The notes: generated by a model from the sequence alone, not told the origin. A DNA stretch of 64,000 bases from an uncultured Elusimicrobia bacterium (GCA_963702895.1 OY969767.1:1152001-1216000), one strand, 5' to 3'; positions 19,070 to 28,482 are shown, counted from the stretch's first letter. A program made the numbers and translations.

Positions 19070-19712
19070 GCTCTGAGTTCTGAACTGTTCAAATCTGCCC
19101 GGTACAGGACTCCCCTAAACTGCCCTCAACTCAGAGATCTCAGAACTCAACTCAGAGCTCAGAGCGATAATCAGATCTCTGAGTCCTGAGTTCTGAGCTC
19201 TGAGCTGATCAAATCTGCCCGGTACAGGACTTCCCTAAACTGCCCTCAACTCAGAGATCTCAGAACTCAACTCAGAGCTCAGAGCGATAATCAGATCTCT
19301 GAGTCCTGAGTTCTGAGCTCTGAGCTGATCAAATCTGCCCGGTACAGGACTTCCCTAAACTGCCCTCAACTCAGAGATCTCAGAACTCAACTCAGAGCTC
19401 AGAGCGATAATCAGATCTCTGAGTCCTGAGTTCTGAGCTCTGAGCTGATCAAATCTGCCCGGTACAGGACTTCCCTAAACTGCCCTCAACTCAGAGATCT
19501 CAGAACTCAACTCAGAGCTCAGAGCGATAATCAGATCTCTGAGTCCTGAGTTCTGAGCTCTGAGCTGATCAAATCTGCCCGGTACAGGACTTCCCTAAAC
19601 TGCCCTCAACTCAGAGATCTCAGAACTCAACTCAGAGCTCAGAGCGATAATCAGATCTCTGAGTCCTGAGTTCTGAGCTCTGAGCTGATCAAATCTGCCC
19701 GGTACAGGACTT
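19013..19712. repeat. Tandem array of five 120-bp units (19096-19695) plus one degenerate unit (19013-19095); each full unit carries the 3'-terminal 17 nt of tRNA-Val
   Basis: Sequence repeats with exact 120-nt period; TGCCCGGTACAGGACT(T) starts at 19096, 19216, 19336, 19456, 19576 and 19696 (the tRNA itself). Confidence 0.95.
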
Positions 19713-19769
19713 GAACCTGTGACCCCTTCCATGTCAAGGAAGTACTCTAGCCAGCTGAGCTAACCGGGC
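19696..19769 (-). tRNA. tRNA-Val (GAC), CCA not encoded
   Basis: GCCCGGTTAGCTCAGCTGGCTAGAGTACTTCCTTGACATGGAAGGGGTCACAGGTTCAAGTCCTGTACCGGGCA folds as a cloverleaf. Confidence 0.96.
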
Positions 19770-19963
19770 GTAAATCGTTATAGGTTACTGTCAAGGATTT
19801 TACTTTACTTTTTTGTTTTTTGGTGCCTGTCCCAGCAAGTGTTCTATTTTTTAGATTTGTGACAGGCACCAGTCACCCAAAGCCTTGGCGAAGGCGGAAG
19901 CTCAGCGGACGAAAACGAAAGTGAGCCGATCAATTCCGCAAGAGCCGACAATAGATTAGCAAT

Positions 19964-20116
19964 TCACGGTCGCGTGGGTGTTGGTGCCTGGAAAGGCGCT
20001 TGAGGTGTCATCGCCGACGGTGAAGGAGATTCTGAAATCGGGATCGGCGTGGTTTCACATCCGCAAAGAAATGAAAGCCCCGCCATGGCTACCACGATCA
20101 GCGCCCGTCGCCTCAT
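19964..20116 (-). CDS. Small putative lipoprotein
   Basis: MRRRALIVVAMAGLSFLCGC (lipobox-like) with Pro-rich tail; TATAAT 6 nt before ATG. Confidence 0.55.
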   Translation of the reverse strand: MRRRALIVVAMAGLSFLCGCETTPIPISESPSPSAMTPQAPFQAPTPTRP

Positions 20117-20148
20117 AAGCGCATTATAGACAGGTTTTAGCCGTGCTG

Positions 20149-21999
20149 CTAGGCAGCTAGCGTTTGGGGGTCGCCTTGGTCGCCCGCGATGCGGACAGGG
20201 AGCGAAAATGAAATCGTGGTACCTCGTCCGAGGCCTTCGGAACGAGCGCGGATCGTTCCTCCATGAGCGCAAACAATTTCTTTGCAAATCGCAAGGCCGA
20301 GTCCGAGGCCTTGCGCGCTCGTCGAGCCTCCGGGTGACACCTGGAAAAACTTCTCGAAGACACGCTCTTGCGCTTCCCGAGCAAGCCCCACACCTGTGTC
20401 TTCCACATCGATCCAGAGGGTTTCCTGCTCCACACGCGCTCGGACGCTGACGCGCCCTTCCTCAGGGGTGAACTTGAGGGCGTTAAAAATCAGGTTCCAG
20501 ATGACTTGGCGAATACGAGCTCCATCCAAATAGAGCCTGTAATGCGTCGGCGCGATGTCCATCACCAGACGCAGCGTGAGGTTTCGCTCTTGGGCCTCGA
20601 TCTTGGCCTTGTCCACTTCTTCCTGTATCAACTGGGTGATGTCGACGGCGCTCTTATGAATGGTCAATCTGTCCTTTTCCATACGGGCCAGGTCAACCAA
20701 GTCTTCGACCATCCGTTCCTGAAGCTGTACCTGCCTTTCCATCTGGCCAATCAGGTCAAGCTGGTTCGCGGTGAGCGGTCCGCCTTGCTGCAGTTTGAGA
20801 ACCTCGCAGAAACCCCGGATCCCCGTGAGGGGGCCGCGGAGGTCGTGACTGACCAGCGACAGAAAATGAGATTTCAATTTATTGATTTCGTTGAGTTGGT
20901 CTATATCGAGGCGGCTCTTCTGATGCAAACGGGCGTTCTCGATCGCGAGCGCAGCCTGTCTGCCGAAACTGACCAGAAAATCGATCTCGCGCGGCAGGAA
21001 GGTCCGAGGTGTTTCTGTGGTCATGGCGTTGATCACACCCAAAGGCGTGTTGCTCATGGTAAAAACAGGAACACAGATCAGGGACCTCACCGATCGAGAG
21101 CCTGCCAGATAATGCGGGTCCCCCATCGCATACTCGGCCCAATACGGGTTCCCCGTTTTGAGCGCCCATCCCGCCATGCCTTCCCCCATGGCAAGACGCA
21201 AGGGGCTCTCGATTTTGAAATCTCCGCCCCGCGCCCACTGCGTTTGAAGGACTTTCGCCTGGTGATCCCACAACATGAGGGAGGCACGGTCGACGTTGAG
21301 GATGCCCAAGACGCTGTCGAGGATATGAACGGTCGTCTCTTCGATGCCTTGGGTCGATCCGCTAAAAGTTGCCAGCGCCGCTGCCCCCACTTCGAAAGAA
21401 AAGCGAAGGTCCCCGAGTTTTTCTCCGAGCCGATGAAAGAGAGCGTGGCGCTGCAGCGTGAGCGCGATGGCGTGCGTGAGAGTTCTAAAGAGGTGTGTTT
21501 CTTCTTCGTGCCAGGAGTTCCCGGAGTAGCTTCCGAGAAACAGAACGCCAAAATTGACCTCCTCACTCAAGAGCGGTATGCAGAGATGCCGGGTGTAATT
21601 GAATTGTTCGCTCGCGCAGGGCTCGCCGCTGCTTTGGGTGTAACCAAACGGCGCTTTGCAGACGTAGGCGGGACATCCCGACATGGGAAGGTGCTGGGGA
21701 GAGCCTGGTCGCTTGGCGGGGTGTTCGCCGTACCCTTGCATTGTTTTCCAGGCGGGATTGGCGATCCAAAGGCGTGAGTGTACCCCGAAGGGACCGAGGA
21801 CTTGGCGAAGCTCCGAGAGCAGCCGCCGATAGAGGTCTTGGTCCGAGAGTTCGGGCGGTAAAGCGTTCAGGGACTCGAGGAACCGGACGACCGTTTGAAA
21901 GCCAAGGACGCTGGGTTTGGTTGAGGAAGTTGTCTTACGGACAAGCCTTGCCAGGCTGATTGACAGAAGGAGAATAGCGGTCAGGCCAAGCAGGATCAT
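20149..21999 (-). CDS. GAF-domain sensor histidine kinase
   Basis: N-terminal TM, two GAF-like regions, SHDLRGPL, NLIFNALKFT, DTGVG, GLGLGL; ATGA overlap with the response regulator. Confidence 0.92.
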   Translation of the reverse strand: MILLGLTAILLLSISLARLVRKTTSSTKPSVLGFQTVVRFLESLNALPPELSDQDLYRRLLSELRQVLGPFGVHSRLWIANPAWKTMQGYGEHPAKRPGSPQHLPMSGCPAYVCKAPFGYTQSSGEPCASEQFNYTRHLCIPLLSEEVNFGVLFLGSYSGNSWHEEETHLFRTLTHAIALTLQRHALFHRLGEKLGDLRFSFEVGAAALATFSGSTQGIEETTVHILDSVLGILNVDRASLMLWDHQAKVLQTQWARGGDFKIESPLRLAMGEGMAGWALKTGNPYWAEYAMGDPHYLAGSRSVRSLICVPVFTMSNTPLGVINAMTTETPRTFLPREIDFLVSFGRQAALAIENARLHQKSRLDIDQLNEINKLKSHFLSLVSHDLRGPLTGIRGFCEVLKLQQGGPLTANQLDLIGQMERQVQLQERMVEDLVDLARMEKDRLTIHKSAVDITQLIQEEVDKAKIEAQERNLTLRLVMDIAPTHYRLYLDGARIRQVIWNLIFNALKFTPEEGRVSVRARVEQETLWIDVEDTGVGLAREAQERVFEKFFQVSPGGSTSAQGLGLGLAICKEIVCAHGGTIRARSEGLGRGTTISFSLPVRIAGDQGDPQTLAA

Positions 22000-22445
22000 G
22001 CGGCAAGGAGTCGTTCCACCTCTCGATAGAGGTCTTTCGCGTAAAAGGGTTTGGTGAGATAGCCTGCGCCCCCCACCTCTCTTCCGGTCATGAGGTCTTC
22101 CTTTTCTTTGCAGCTCGTGAGGAAGAGGACGGGCGTTTCCTGGCCGCGCTCTTCTTGAGTCTTGATGACGCGGCACAGTTCAAAGCCGTTGATCCAAGGC
22201 AGCATGACGTCCATGATCACGAGTTTCGGCTGGTGGCGTTGGAGCAGTTCAGGGAGCTGGACGCCGGTGGAGGCCAAAATCACGGTATAGCGCGTATTCA
22301 GGAGCTCCAGGATGATCCTACGGACCACCGGATCATCGTCTACGACTAAAATCTTGTGGCGTTCGGAGTGGGCTCCTTTGGCTTCATCGGGCATATTGCT
22401 GGTCACGGTCTGTTCTACGGAAGATGTCTCTGGGCCCTGGGCCAT
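21996..22445 (-). CDS. Single-domain response regulator
   Basis: ILVVDDD, IMDVMLP..NG, FLT, YLTKPF. Confidence 0.92.
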   Translation of the reverse strand: MAQGPETSSVEQTVTSNMPDEAKGAHSERHKILVVDDDPVVRRIILELLNTRYTVILASTGVQLPELLQRHQPKLVIMDVMLPWINGFELCRVIKTQEERGQETPVLFLTSCKEKEDLMTGREVGGAGYLTKPFYAKDLYREVERLLAA

Positions 22446-22556
22446 GGTCGCCTCCTAAATCCCTTCTAATTATAGATGTGTTTCTTCCTTATACCTAAAT
22501 GCATCGATCGCCGTATTTGAAATGTATCTAGCCCCCGAAGAGGGGATTGTCAATGT

Positions 22557-23687
22557 CTAATTTGGGGTGTTTATCGTCGTAGAACTTACGGCTGGGGTCG
22601 GTAATTCTCGGATGGCATCCAAGGTATAGCGGCAGCTGGCATTCCAAAGGGTCCAGTTCATCACTCCCTGATCGGCTGCGGCCTGGATTTGCGCGCGAAC
22701 CTCCTTGGTTCGATAGGGTATTCCACGGCCTTTGAGTGAAAAATCCTGCAGATAGGGACGCAACTTATGCGCTGAAGATGGTCCCAGAAGCTTGAGAGCG
22801 TCGCGCATCGCGTAAGAAACAGTGCGATAGGGCTCGTCATTGGGGTTTTTGATGCCATATTCTCCCGGCGCATAATGAGAAGGATAGGTCATGGGACAAA
22901 CATAATCTACATACTCCGCCATCGGAACAAGCAATTGACCGATTCCCATCCCGGACATGTCCGAGGTGGTCAGACCAAACACATCAATCGAAATCTTGGC
23001 GCCCAAGGGATTCAAGAGCTGTCTGGCTTCCCGCAGAAAGCTGACAAGAGCCGCCGAAGCGGCGCGACGTGAGTAGGGTTTAGAAAACCGCATGATACCC
23101 AGGGCTCCATCTGTTGGGAAACGAATATAGTCATACTGGATCTCATCGAACCCAATCTTGGCTGCCTCCAGAGAAATGAGATGGATGTACCGCCAGGATT
23201 CCGGGTTGTAGGGGTCGAGCCAGGTCATGCGTTTCCTGTCGAACCATAAGCTACCATATTGATTGTGCACGCCGACGGAAGGGTTCTTTCTCGGCATGAG
23301 GTTGTCTTTGAACACCACGATTCGTGCCACGGTATAAATCTTCCGCTCTTTGAGGTGCGCAAGCCATCCGGAAAGATCCGGAATAATTCGGCGATAGGCG
23401 CCCTGACGCTCCGCCATTTTCACGCCAGGCACATAGACTTCGCCGCGCTCATCCTTAATATCGATGACCACGGCATTAAGAACCGTGCTCTCGAGCATGC
23501 GGTCTAATTTTTCACGGTAACGCATGGAGCCCGCGGCGTCAGCGGTGATATGAATGGCTCGCACGGATGGAAGCGTTGAGGTGTCGACGTCAAGAGAAAA
23601 ACTCGTGGCGGGAGATGAATCACCATCGGTGTGCGCTACGCTGGCGCATAAAAGGGCGCAGGGAAGAAACCATAAAAGTTGTTTCAT
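22557..23687 (-). CDS. Secreted putative glycoside hydrolase (DUF4015-like)
   Basis: Signal peptide; NAVVIDIKD, ARIVVFKD, GFDEIQYDYIRFP, PMTYPSHY, RPYLQDF. Confidence 0.8.
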   Translation of the reverse strand: MKQLLWFLPCALLCASVAHTDGDSSPATSFSLDVDTSTLPSVRAIHITADAAGSMRYREKLDRMLESTVLNAVVIDIKDERGEVYVPGVKMAERQGAYRRIIPDLSGWLAHLKERKIYTVARIVVFKDNLMPRKNPSVGVHNQYGSLWFDRKRMTWLDPYNPESWRYIHLISLEAAKIGFDEIQYDYIRFPTDGALGIMRFSKPYSRRAASAALVSFLREARQLLNPLGAKISIDVFGLTTSDMSGMGIGQLLVPMAEYVDYVCPMTYPSHYAPGEYGIKNPNDEPYRTVSYAMRDALKLLGPSSAHKLRPYLQDFSLKGRGIPYRTKEVRAQIQAAADQGVMNWTLWNASCRYTLDAIRELPTPAVSSTTINTPN

Positions 23688-23873
23688 AAGGGATGGAGGG
23701 TTACAAGGAGGAACCGAAGCAAGCCATAGACCCAACGGGCGCTAGATCATCTGTGGGTTGGCGGCCTATCACAAAAGGAACAAAGCTTCCAGAGGGTGAA
23801 GGCGCGCCACTGAGTCGTTGGCGCGTCCGCCTGGCAGTTGTGGCGGAGAACCGAGCGCCAGACACCTGGCGCT

Positions 23874-24021
23874 CGGTCGCCGGTTGTGTGGCGACCGAAC
23901 CCAAAAGGATGGGCCCTACAGCGGGTGAAGGGAATCGTCCGCCAGACGACCGGCGGACGGTCGCCTGTTGTGTGGCGACCGAACCCAAAAGGATGGGCCC
24001 TACAGCGGGTGAAGGGAATCG
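23874..24021. repeat. 64-bp direct repeat (period 84) including the 3'-terminal 18 nt of tRNA-Gly
   Basis: 23874-23937 vs 23958-24021, one mismatch. Confidence 0.88.
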
Positions 24022-24074
24022 AACCCTCGTCTCAACCTTGGCAAGGTCGCATTCTACCATTGAACCACACCCGC
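24004..24074 (-). tRNA. tRNA-Gly (GCC), CCA not encoded
   Basis: GCGGGTGTGGTTCAATGGTAGAATGCGACCTTGCCAAGGTTGAGACGAGGGTTCGATTCCCTTCACCCGCT. Confidence 0.93.
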
Positions 24075-24398
24075 TGTAGGGCCCCTTAAACTCGTCTCAA
24101 CCTTGGCAAGAATACGCCCACCCTTTCGACCTTTATGTGATTTGCTCCGTTTCACGCTTCGATTTTATCACATGGGCCTAAAGTTGTTGGTGAAAGAATT
24201 GGTGAAGATTTCCCCCCGCATCATCGGCCATCTTCTCAGGGAGGGCCTGCTTCACCCCGCGCCATCTTTTTAGAACGGGATGACGCACTGATCGGATAGC
24301 TGATCGGCAAGAGAATAACATGAGTTCTATAAACCGTTTCAGCTCCAATTCAGCATTTATCCAGGCGAATTCATCAAACCTCACGACCAGCACGTTAA

Positions 24399-26111
24399 TT
24401 ATGCCGCGCGGCGGACCGGTTGCGCATTCGACCTCATCGGCATGCCGGCTGGTCTGCCGAATTCGCGCCAAAGTTTTCCAAGGAGTTCCGGTGTGTCGGC
24501 TTGCAGGAATAGGTTTCGGACAAACAGGCGCCGCGGCAAGTCCGCTTCTTTGCCAGTGCGAGGTTCATCGGTATCATCTAAGCAGCGCAGGAGGTCGCCC
24601 ATGAGCGTTTCTTGTAAGAAAGCGGCTGTTGCGGATGGAGGGAAAAACGCCCGATAACGGTCACGAAATCCGGGAAGAAATCGAGCCACTTGGGGGAGGT
24701 GGTCTAAGACCAACTGCCAGCGAATCGTCTTGATTTTCTCTTCCCGCGATTGCCGGCGAGCCCTCTGAGCAGCGACTTCCGAGAGCCACGGACGAAATAT
24801 CGGTCGATAGGTGATAAAGCGGTCGAGCCCTTTATAGACCGGAAGATCACCGTCTCCCCGTATCGGCTGCCCGTACAGGAATGCATAGAATCGGTAAAGC
24901 GGTCCGTTATCCGATGCGGTAATCTTGGGTAACAACCTTTGATAAGCGGAAAGCAATTCCTGGTATGTGAGCGTGGGACCGCTGATCGAAATGTCCTGGT
25001 AATGTTGAGGGTATTGGACGGGCGCCGCGTCAACGAATGACCGTGGCCAATACAGTCGAAGATAATGCTGACCGTTTTGTTCCCGTTGAAAGAATTTAGC
25101 TGCCGTTTCAATCACGCGCTGGACTGCCGGACTCTGGTCCACTTCGGAAACGCCCCATAGGGCTTCGGGCGTCGTCTTCCATAACTTAAATGTATCGCAA
25201 AACGCCTCAACGCCTGTCGTTTCCGACACTGTCCTATTCTTTGAGGCGTAGGCGCTGATGAGCATGGCAAACTCGTCTTCATGCCCTTGGTGAGCGTCAG
25301 CCAAGGTCAAGTGGATGTTCGGGTTGTTCAAATAATGCGGATGAGCCATTTCATGGAGGATGAGCCCTTCAAGTTCATCGAGGGACGTGCGCTCGTGAAG
25401 GAAGATGTGTCCACCCGCCGTGCCAAGTGCTAAAACGTCCGGGTCCTGTGTCATGCGACCAAACGCCCCATGATCGAGAAAACGGATTGAGACGGTTCCG
25501 GCCCTGGCCGCTTCCGGGAGATCTTCGAGAAGTTCGGCCAGGCAGCGCAATTGGTCGCCGGTGGCTCCTGAAATCTCGACGCCGTAACGCTCCTTCAGCA
25601 TCTTCGGGGATAACGGATGTTCAATGATTTCAATTACTTGCGCCCAACGCGGCGGATTGAAGGCCAATACAAAGGCTTCAACGATGACACCCCCGACGAC
25701 CACATTCTTGAGCCAGCGTCGCCGACTTGGGATGGTAGGTTGGTTGATGGATCGGACCATGAAAAAAAACACTCCCACGACCGCGATAGCAAACCAAGCG
25801 ATCGTCCACCACCAGGCAGGGAATGTCTGAATCGTAGGTGGCTCCGTCAAGGTGTCAGCAAGGAGAGTCGATCTTGTTAACGCGACAGTCGCCAATGCAA
25901 CGATGACCTTCAGACGCCGATGAGGGGCGCTGTCGCGCCGTTGTGCCGATATTGGTAGCATGAGTGCCTGCTGGTTGATCTGTTGCGCGAGAGTGGCAGC
26001 CGCTTGGATTTTTTCGGTTACAAGCGTTGTGCTGACATTGGCGGAGAGAGGTTCCGTGATCAGGCAGGGAATCAGAACAAGAGCAACTCCACTATTGAGG
26101 AACTTGGACAT
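24399..26111 (-). CDS. Hypothetical membrane protein with HExxH motif (possible zinc metallopeptidase)
   Basis: 570 aa; TM segments; LILHEMAHP followed later by EAFCDTF. Confidence 0.6.
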   Translation of the reverse strand: MSKFLNSGVALVLIPCLITEPLSANVSTTLVTEKIQAAATLAQQINQQALMLPISAQRRDSAPHRRLKVIVALATVALTRSTLLADTLTEPPTIQTFPAWWWTIAWFAIAVVGVFFFMVRSINQPTIPSRRRWLKNVVVGGVIVEAFVLAFNPPRWAQVIEIIEHPLSPKMLKERYGVEISGATGDQLRCLAELLEDLPEAARAGTVSIRFLDHGAFGRMTQDPDVLALGTAGGHIFLHERTSLDELEGLILHEMAHPHYLNNPNIHLTLADAHQGHEDEFAMLISAYASKNRTVSETTGVEAFCDTFKLWKTTPEALWGVSEVDQSPAVQRVIETAAKFFQREQNGQHYLRLYWPRSFVDAAPVQYPQHYQDISISGPTLTYQELLSAYQRLLPKITASDNGPLYRFYAFLYGQPIRGDGDLPVYKGLDRFITYRPIFRPWLSEVAAQRARRQSREEKIKTIRWQLVLDHLPQVARFLPGFRDRYRAFFPPSATAAFLQETLMGDLLRCLDDTDEPRTGKEADLPRRLFVRNLFLQADTPELLGKLWREFGRPAGMPMRSNAQPVRRAA

Positions 26112-26399
26112 AGGTCTTGAGCGCGCGGGCGCGCGCGTATAATAAATTGTATCGGCCGAATGTTAACAACGAGTTAAGAAAAAGCTCAGTTTTAGCCTGG
26201 GCCTAAAGCCTATGTCCAATAGGCCCATAAAAATGGCGCTAAACTACGATTTAATTTGGGCAGGCGAAAAGACCAGAATCCGGCGGCTTTGGCGAAGAGG
26301 GTTGCCTGGAGAGATCGTCTGGGGAACGAAAGCCACATTAGCGTCGGAGAATCGAACCCGGCGCCATTTCGTGAGGTCTCGTACCCGCTTTTATTTAAT

Positions 26400-26452
26400 A
26401 TATTATCTACTGCAAAACCTTGCGGAATACTAATTAATGTAGTAAATAATAT
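26400..26452. promoter_or_regulatory. Inverted repeat upstream of the AbiE operon (likely antitoxin operator)
   Basis: ATATTATCTACTGCA (26400-26414) and TGTAGTAAATAATAT (26438-26452), 13/15 complementary. Confidence 0.65.
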
Positions 26453-26454
26453 GC

Positions 26455-27285
26455 ATGCCGCAGTCAAGAGATTATGGAGCCACGGCCGGCCGGAAGCTGG
26501 TACGCCATTTGGCCGATAACGGCCAGTATATTTTTTCGACGGGACAAGCCCATGCCGCCGCCGTCAGGCTGAACATCCCCAGGGGCTACGAGAGCGTCCT
26601 TTTGACCTCCCTGGCCCAGGGACGCTGGATTCAAAGACTGCGAAGAGGCCTCTACGCCCTGGCGGACGTCTCGATCCATCCCTTTGCGATCGCGACCCGC
26701 CTCGTGGAGCCTTCCGCCATCAGCCATTGGTCGGCACTCCATCACCATGGCTTTACCGAGCAGATCCCTCAAGCCGTCTTTGCCATGACACCGGCGAAGG
26801 TGGTGACCCCCAGCATGCGCTTCGGCGCCTCCAACCGGTCCGGCGAACGGCACACCTGGGAGGTCGGTTCCACCCAATATCAATACATCACCGTGAAGCG
26901 CGAATACTTCTTGGGGATCGAGGCCGTCTGGGTCAGCGAGCATTTCCGGATTTCCATCACAGACAAGGAGCGTACGGTCCTGGAAACGTTTGCCTCCCCC
27001 CGGCTCTTTGGCGGGATCGGCGAAGCGCTTTCCGTGGTGGAACAAAATGCAGGCAAGCTCAATATTCCGTTACTGGTGGACTACGCTAGGCGCTACGGAA
27101 AGGCTTCCGTGGCCAAGCGTGTCGGCTGGGCGTTGGAACGCGCTGGAATTGCAGAGAAGATACTCTCCCCGCTGAGAAAGGTGCCGCTCACAGGCATCGC
27201 CATTCTGGATCCGACGCGCCCGCGCCGCGGCCCCAGCAATTCAAAGTGGCAGATTCTGGAGAATCTGCCGGGGCGCGGCGCATGA
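26455..27285 (+). CDS. Type IV TA antitoxin, AbiEi family
   Basis: wHTH with RLRRGLY; SHWSALHHHGFTEQIP; ITDKERTVLE. Confidence 0.9.
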   Translation: MPQSRDYGATAGRKLVRHLADNGQYIFSTGQAHAAAVRLNIPRGYESVLLTSLAQGRWIQRLRRGLYALADVSIHPFAIATRLVEPSAISHWSALHHHGFTEQIPQAVFAMTPAKVVTPSMRFGASNRSGERHTWEVGSTQYQYITVKREYFLGIEAVWVSEHFRISITDKERTVLETFASPRLFGGIGEALSVVEQNAGKLNIPLLVDYARRYGKASVAKRVGWALERAGIAEKILSPLRKVPLTGIAILDPTRPRRGPSNSKWQILENLPGRGA

Positions 27286-28151
27286 AACCGCTGCGCGCGC
27301 GCATTGCCGCGGAAGCCGCCAGGACACGGGTGCCGCAGCCCGTGATTGAGAAGGATTACGCGCTCAGTTATATCCTGGCAGGCCTGGCCACCCAATCCGC
27401 ATTACGCGAAAGCATCGTTTTTAAAGGCGGAACGGCCTTGAAAAAGCTTTTCTTCGGCCATTACCGGTTCTCGGAAGACCTGGACTATTCAGCGATCAAG
27501 GCGCCGAAAGGCAAAGCGCTCCTGGCGGCCATGGAATCCGCCGGTCAAGCCGCCAAGCGCCTGCTTCTGGAACAGGGCCCGTTTGAGGTGGTGATCCGAC
27601 GCTATGAGGAACGGGATCCTCACCCTCGCGGCCAGGAAGCCTTCACCTTTCACCTGCAATTCCCCTGGCATCCCTCGCCGCTTTGCCGGATCAAGGTCGA
27701 GGTTTCGCATGATGAACCGGTGGTTCTGACGCCGCTCACGCGCGATTTGATTCACGGTTATGAAGAGAATCTGGCCGTGCGGGTCCGATGCTATCCCTTG
27801 ACCGAGATCGTCGCGGAGAAGCTGCGTACGCTCCTTCAAACGCACAACCGGCTCATGACCCGGGGATGGAATCGCCCGCGCGCCCGAGATTATTACGATC
27901 TTTGGCGCCTGCTTCGGGAATTTGAGAAGGAGATCGACAAACAGAAGCTGATGCCGTTACTCAAGAAGAAGTGCAGGTATCGGAACGTAAGCTATTCCGG
28001 AATCGATGATTTCTTCACTGACGATCTCGTGGCGGAAGCGCGAACCCATTGGCAGGGTGCTTTGGGCGCTTTCGTGACCGGGTTGCCGTCCTTGGACGAT
28101 GTTCTGAAGGACCTCAGAAGCCAATTGCCGAAGTTGATGGGTATGGAATAA
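27282..28151 (+). CDS. Type IV TA toxin, AbiEii nucleotidyltransferase family
   Basis: IEKDY, FKGGTALKK, RFSEDLD, EIVAEKL, RARDYYDL; ATGA overlap with antitoxin. Confidence 0.93.
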   Translation: MKPLRARIAAEAARTRVPQPVIEKDYALSYILAGLATQSALRESIVFKGGTALKKLFFGHYRFSEDLDYSAIKAPKGKALLAAMESAGQAAKRLLLEQGPFEVVIRRYEERDPHPRGQEAFTFHLQFPWHPSPLCRIKVEVSHDEPVVLTPLTRDLIHGYEENLAVRVRCYPLTEIVAEKLRTLLQTHNRLMTRGWNRPRARDYYDLWRLLREFEKEIDKQKLMPLLKKKCRYRNVSYSGIDDFFTDDLVAEARTHWQGALGAFVTGLPSLDDVLKDLRSQLPKLMGME

Positions 28152-28237
28152 GGCGGGCGGCGCGCCGTTTGAGGATGGCAGATGTTCGACGCAAATAAGA
28201 TCCCCAGATCTTTGTTGTCAGGGGATCAGCTTATAAA

Positions 28238-28311
28238 TGGAGCGGGTGATGGGAATCGAACCCACATCTCTACCTTGGCAAGGTAGCATTCTACCACTGA
28301 ACCACACCCGC
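28238..28311 (-). tRNA. tRNA-Gly (GCC) variant with encoded CCA, inside the islet
   Basis: GCGGGTGTGGTTCAGTGGTAGAATGCTACCTTGCCAAGGTAGAGATGTGGGTTCGATTCCCATCACCCGCTCCA. Confidence 0.93.
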
Positions 28312-28427
28312 GAAATTAGTTGGTGAAAAAGTTGGTGAAGATTTTCCCCTTAATTACTAGTCATCTTCCGTAGTGTCGGGCGGCATTTCCCGAGGTGAAC
28401 CGTCATGTTCCGTACTGTTTTCGGATT

Positions 28428-28466
28428 CCTTGGCAAGGTCGCATTCTACCATTGAACCACACCCGC
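28428..28466 (-). pseudogene. 5' half of tRNA-Gly truncated just past the anticodon loop (islet boundary)
   Basis: Identical to 24036-24074; diverges after CCTTGCCAAGG. Confidence 0.85.
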
Positions 28467-28482
28467 TGCAGGGCCCCTTAAA

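Noticed and set aside
19096..19695. CRISPR array
   Set aside because: Units are identical over their full 120 bp, so there are no unique spacers, and no cas genes are in the window.
19821..19898. 11-bp inverted repeat TGGTGCCTGTC/GACAGGCACCA and adjacent GCCTTGGCGAAGGC hairpin
   Set aside because: Single copies in this window; they may be REP-like but cannot be supported as a family here.
23693..24089. ORFs overlapping tRNA-Gly and its repeats
   Set aside because: They read through a tRNA and duplicated non-coding hairpins; no protein motifs.
26335..26390. tRNA-like GGGTTCGATTC on the minus strand
   Set aside because: T-stem pairing is poor and I could not build an acceptor or anticodon stem.
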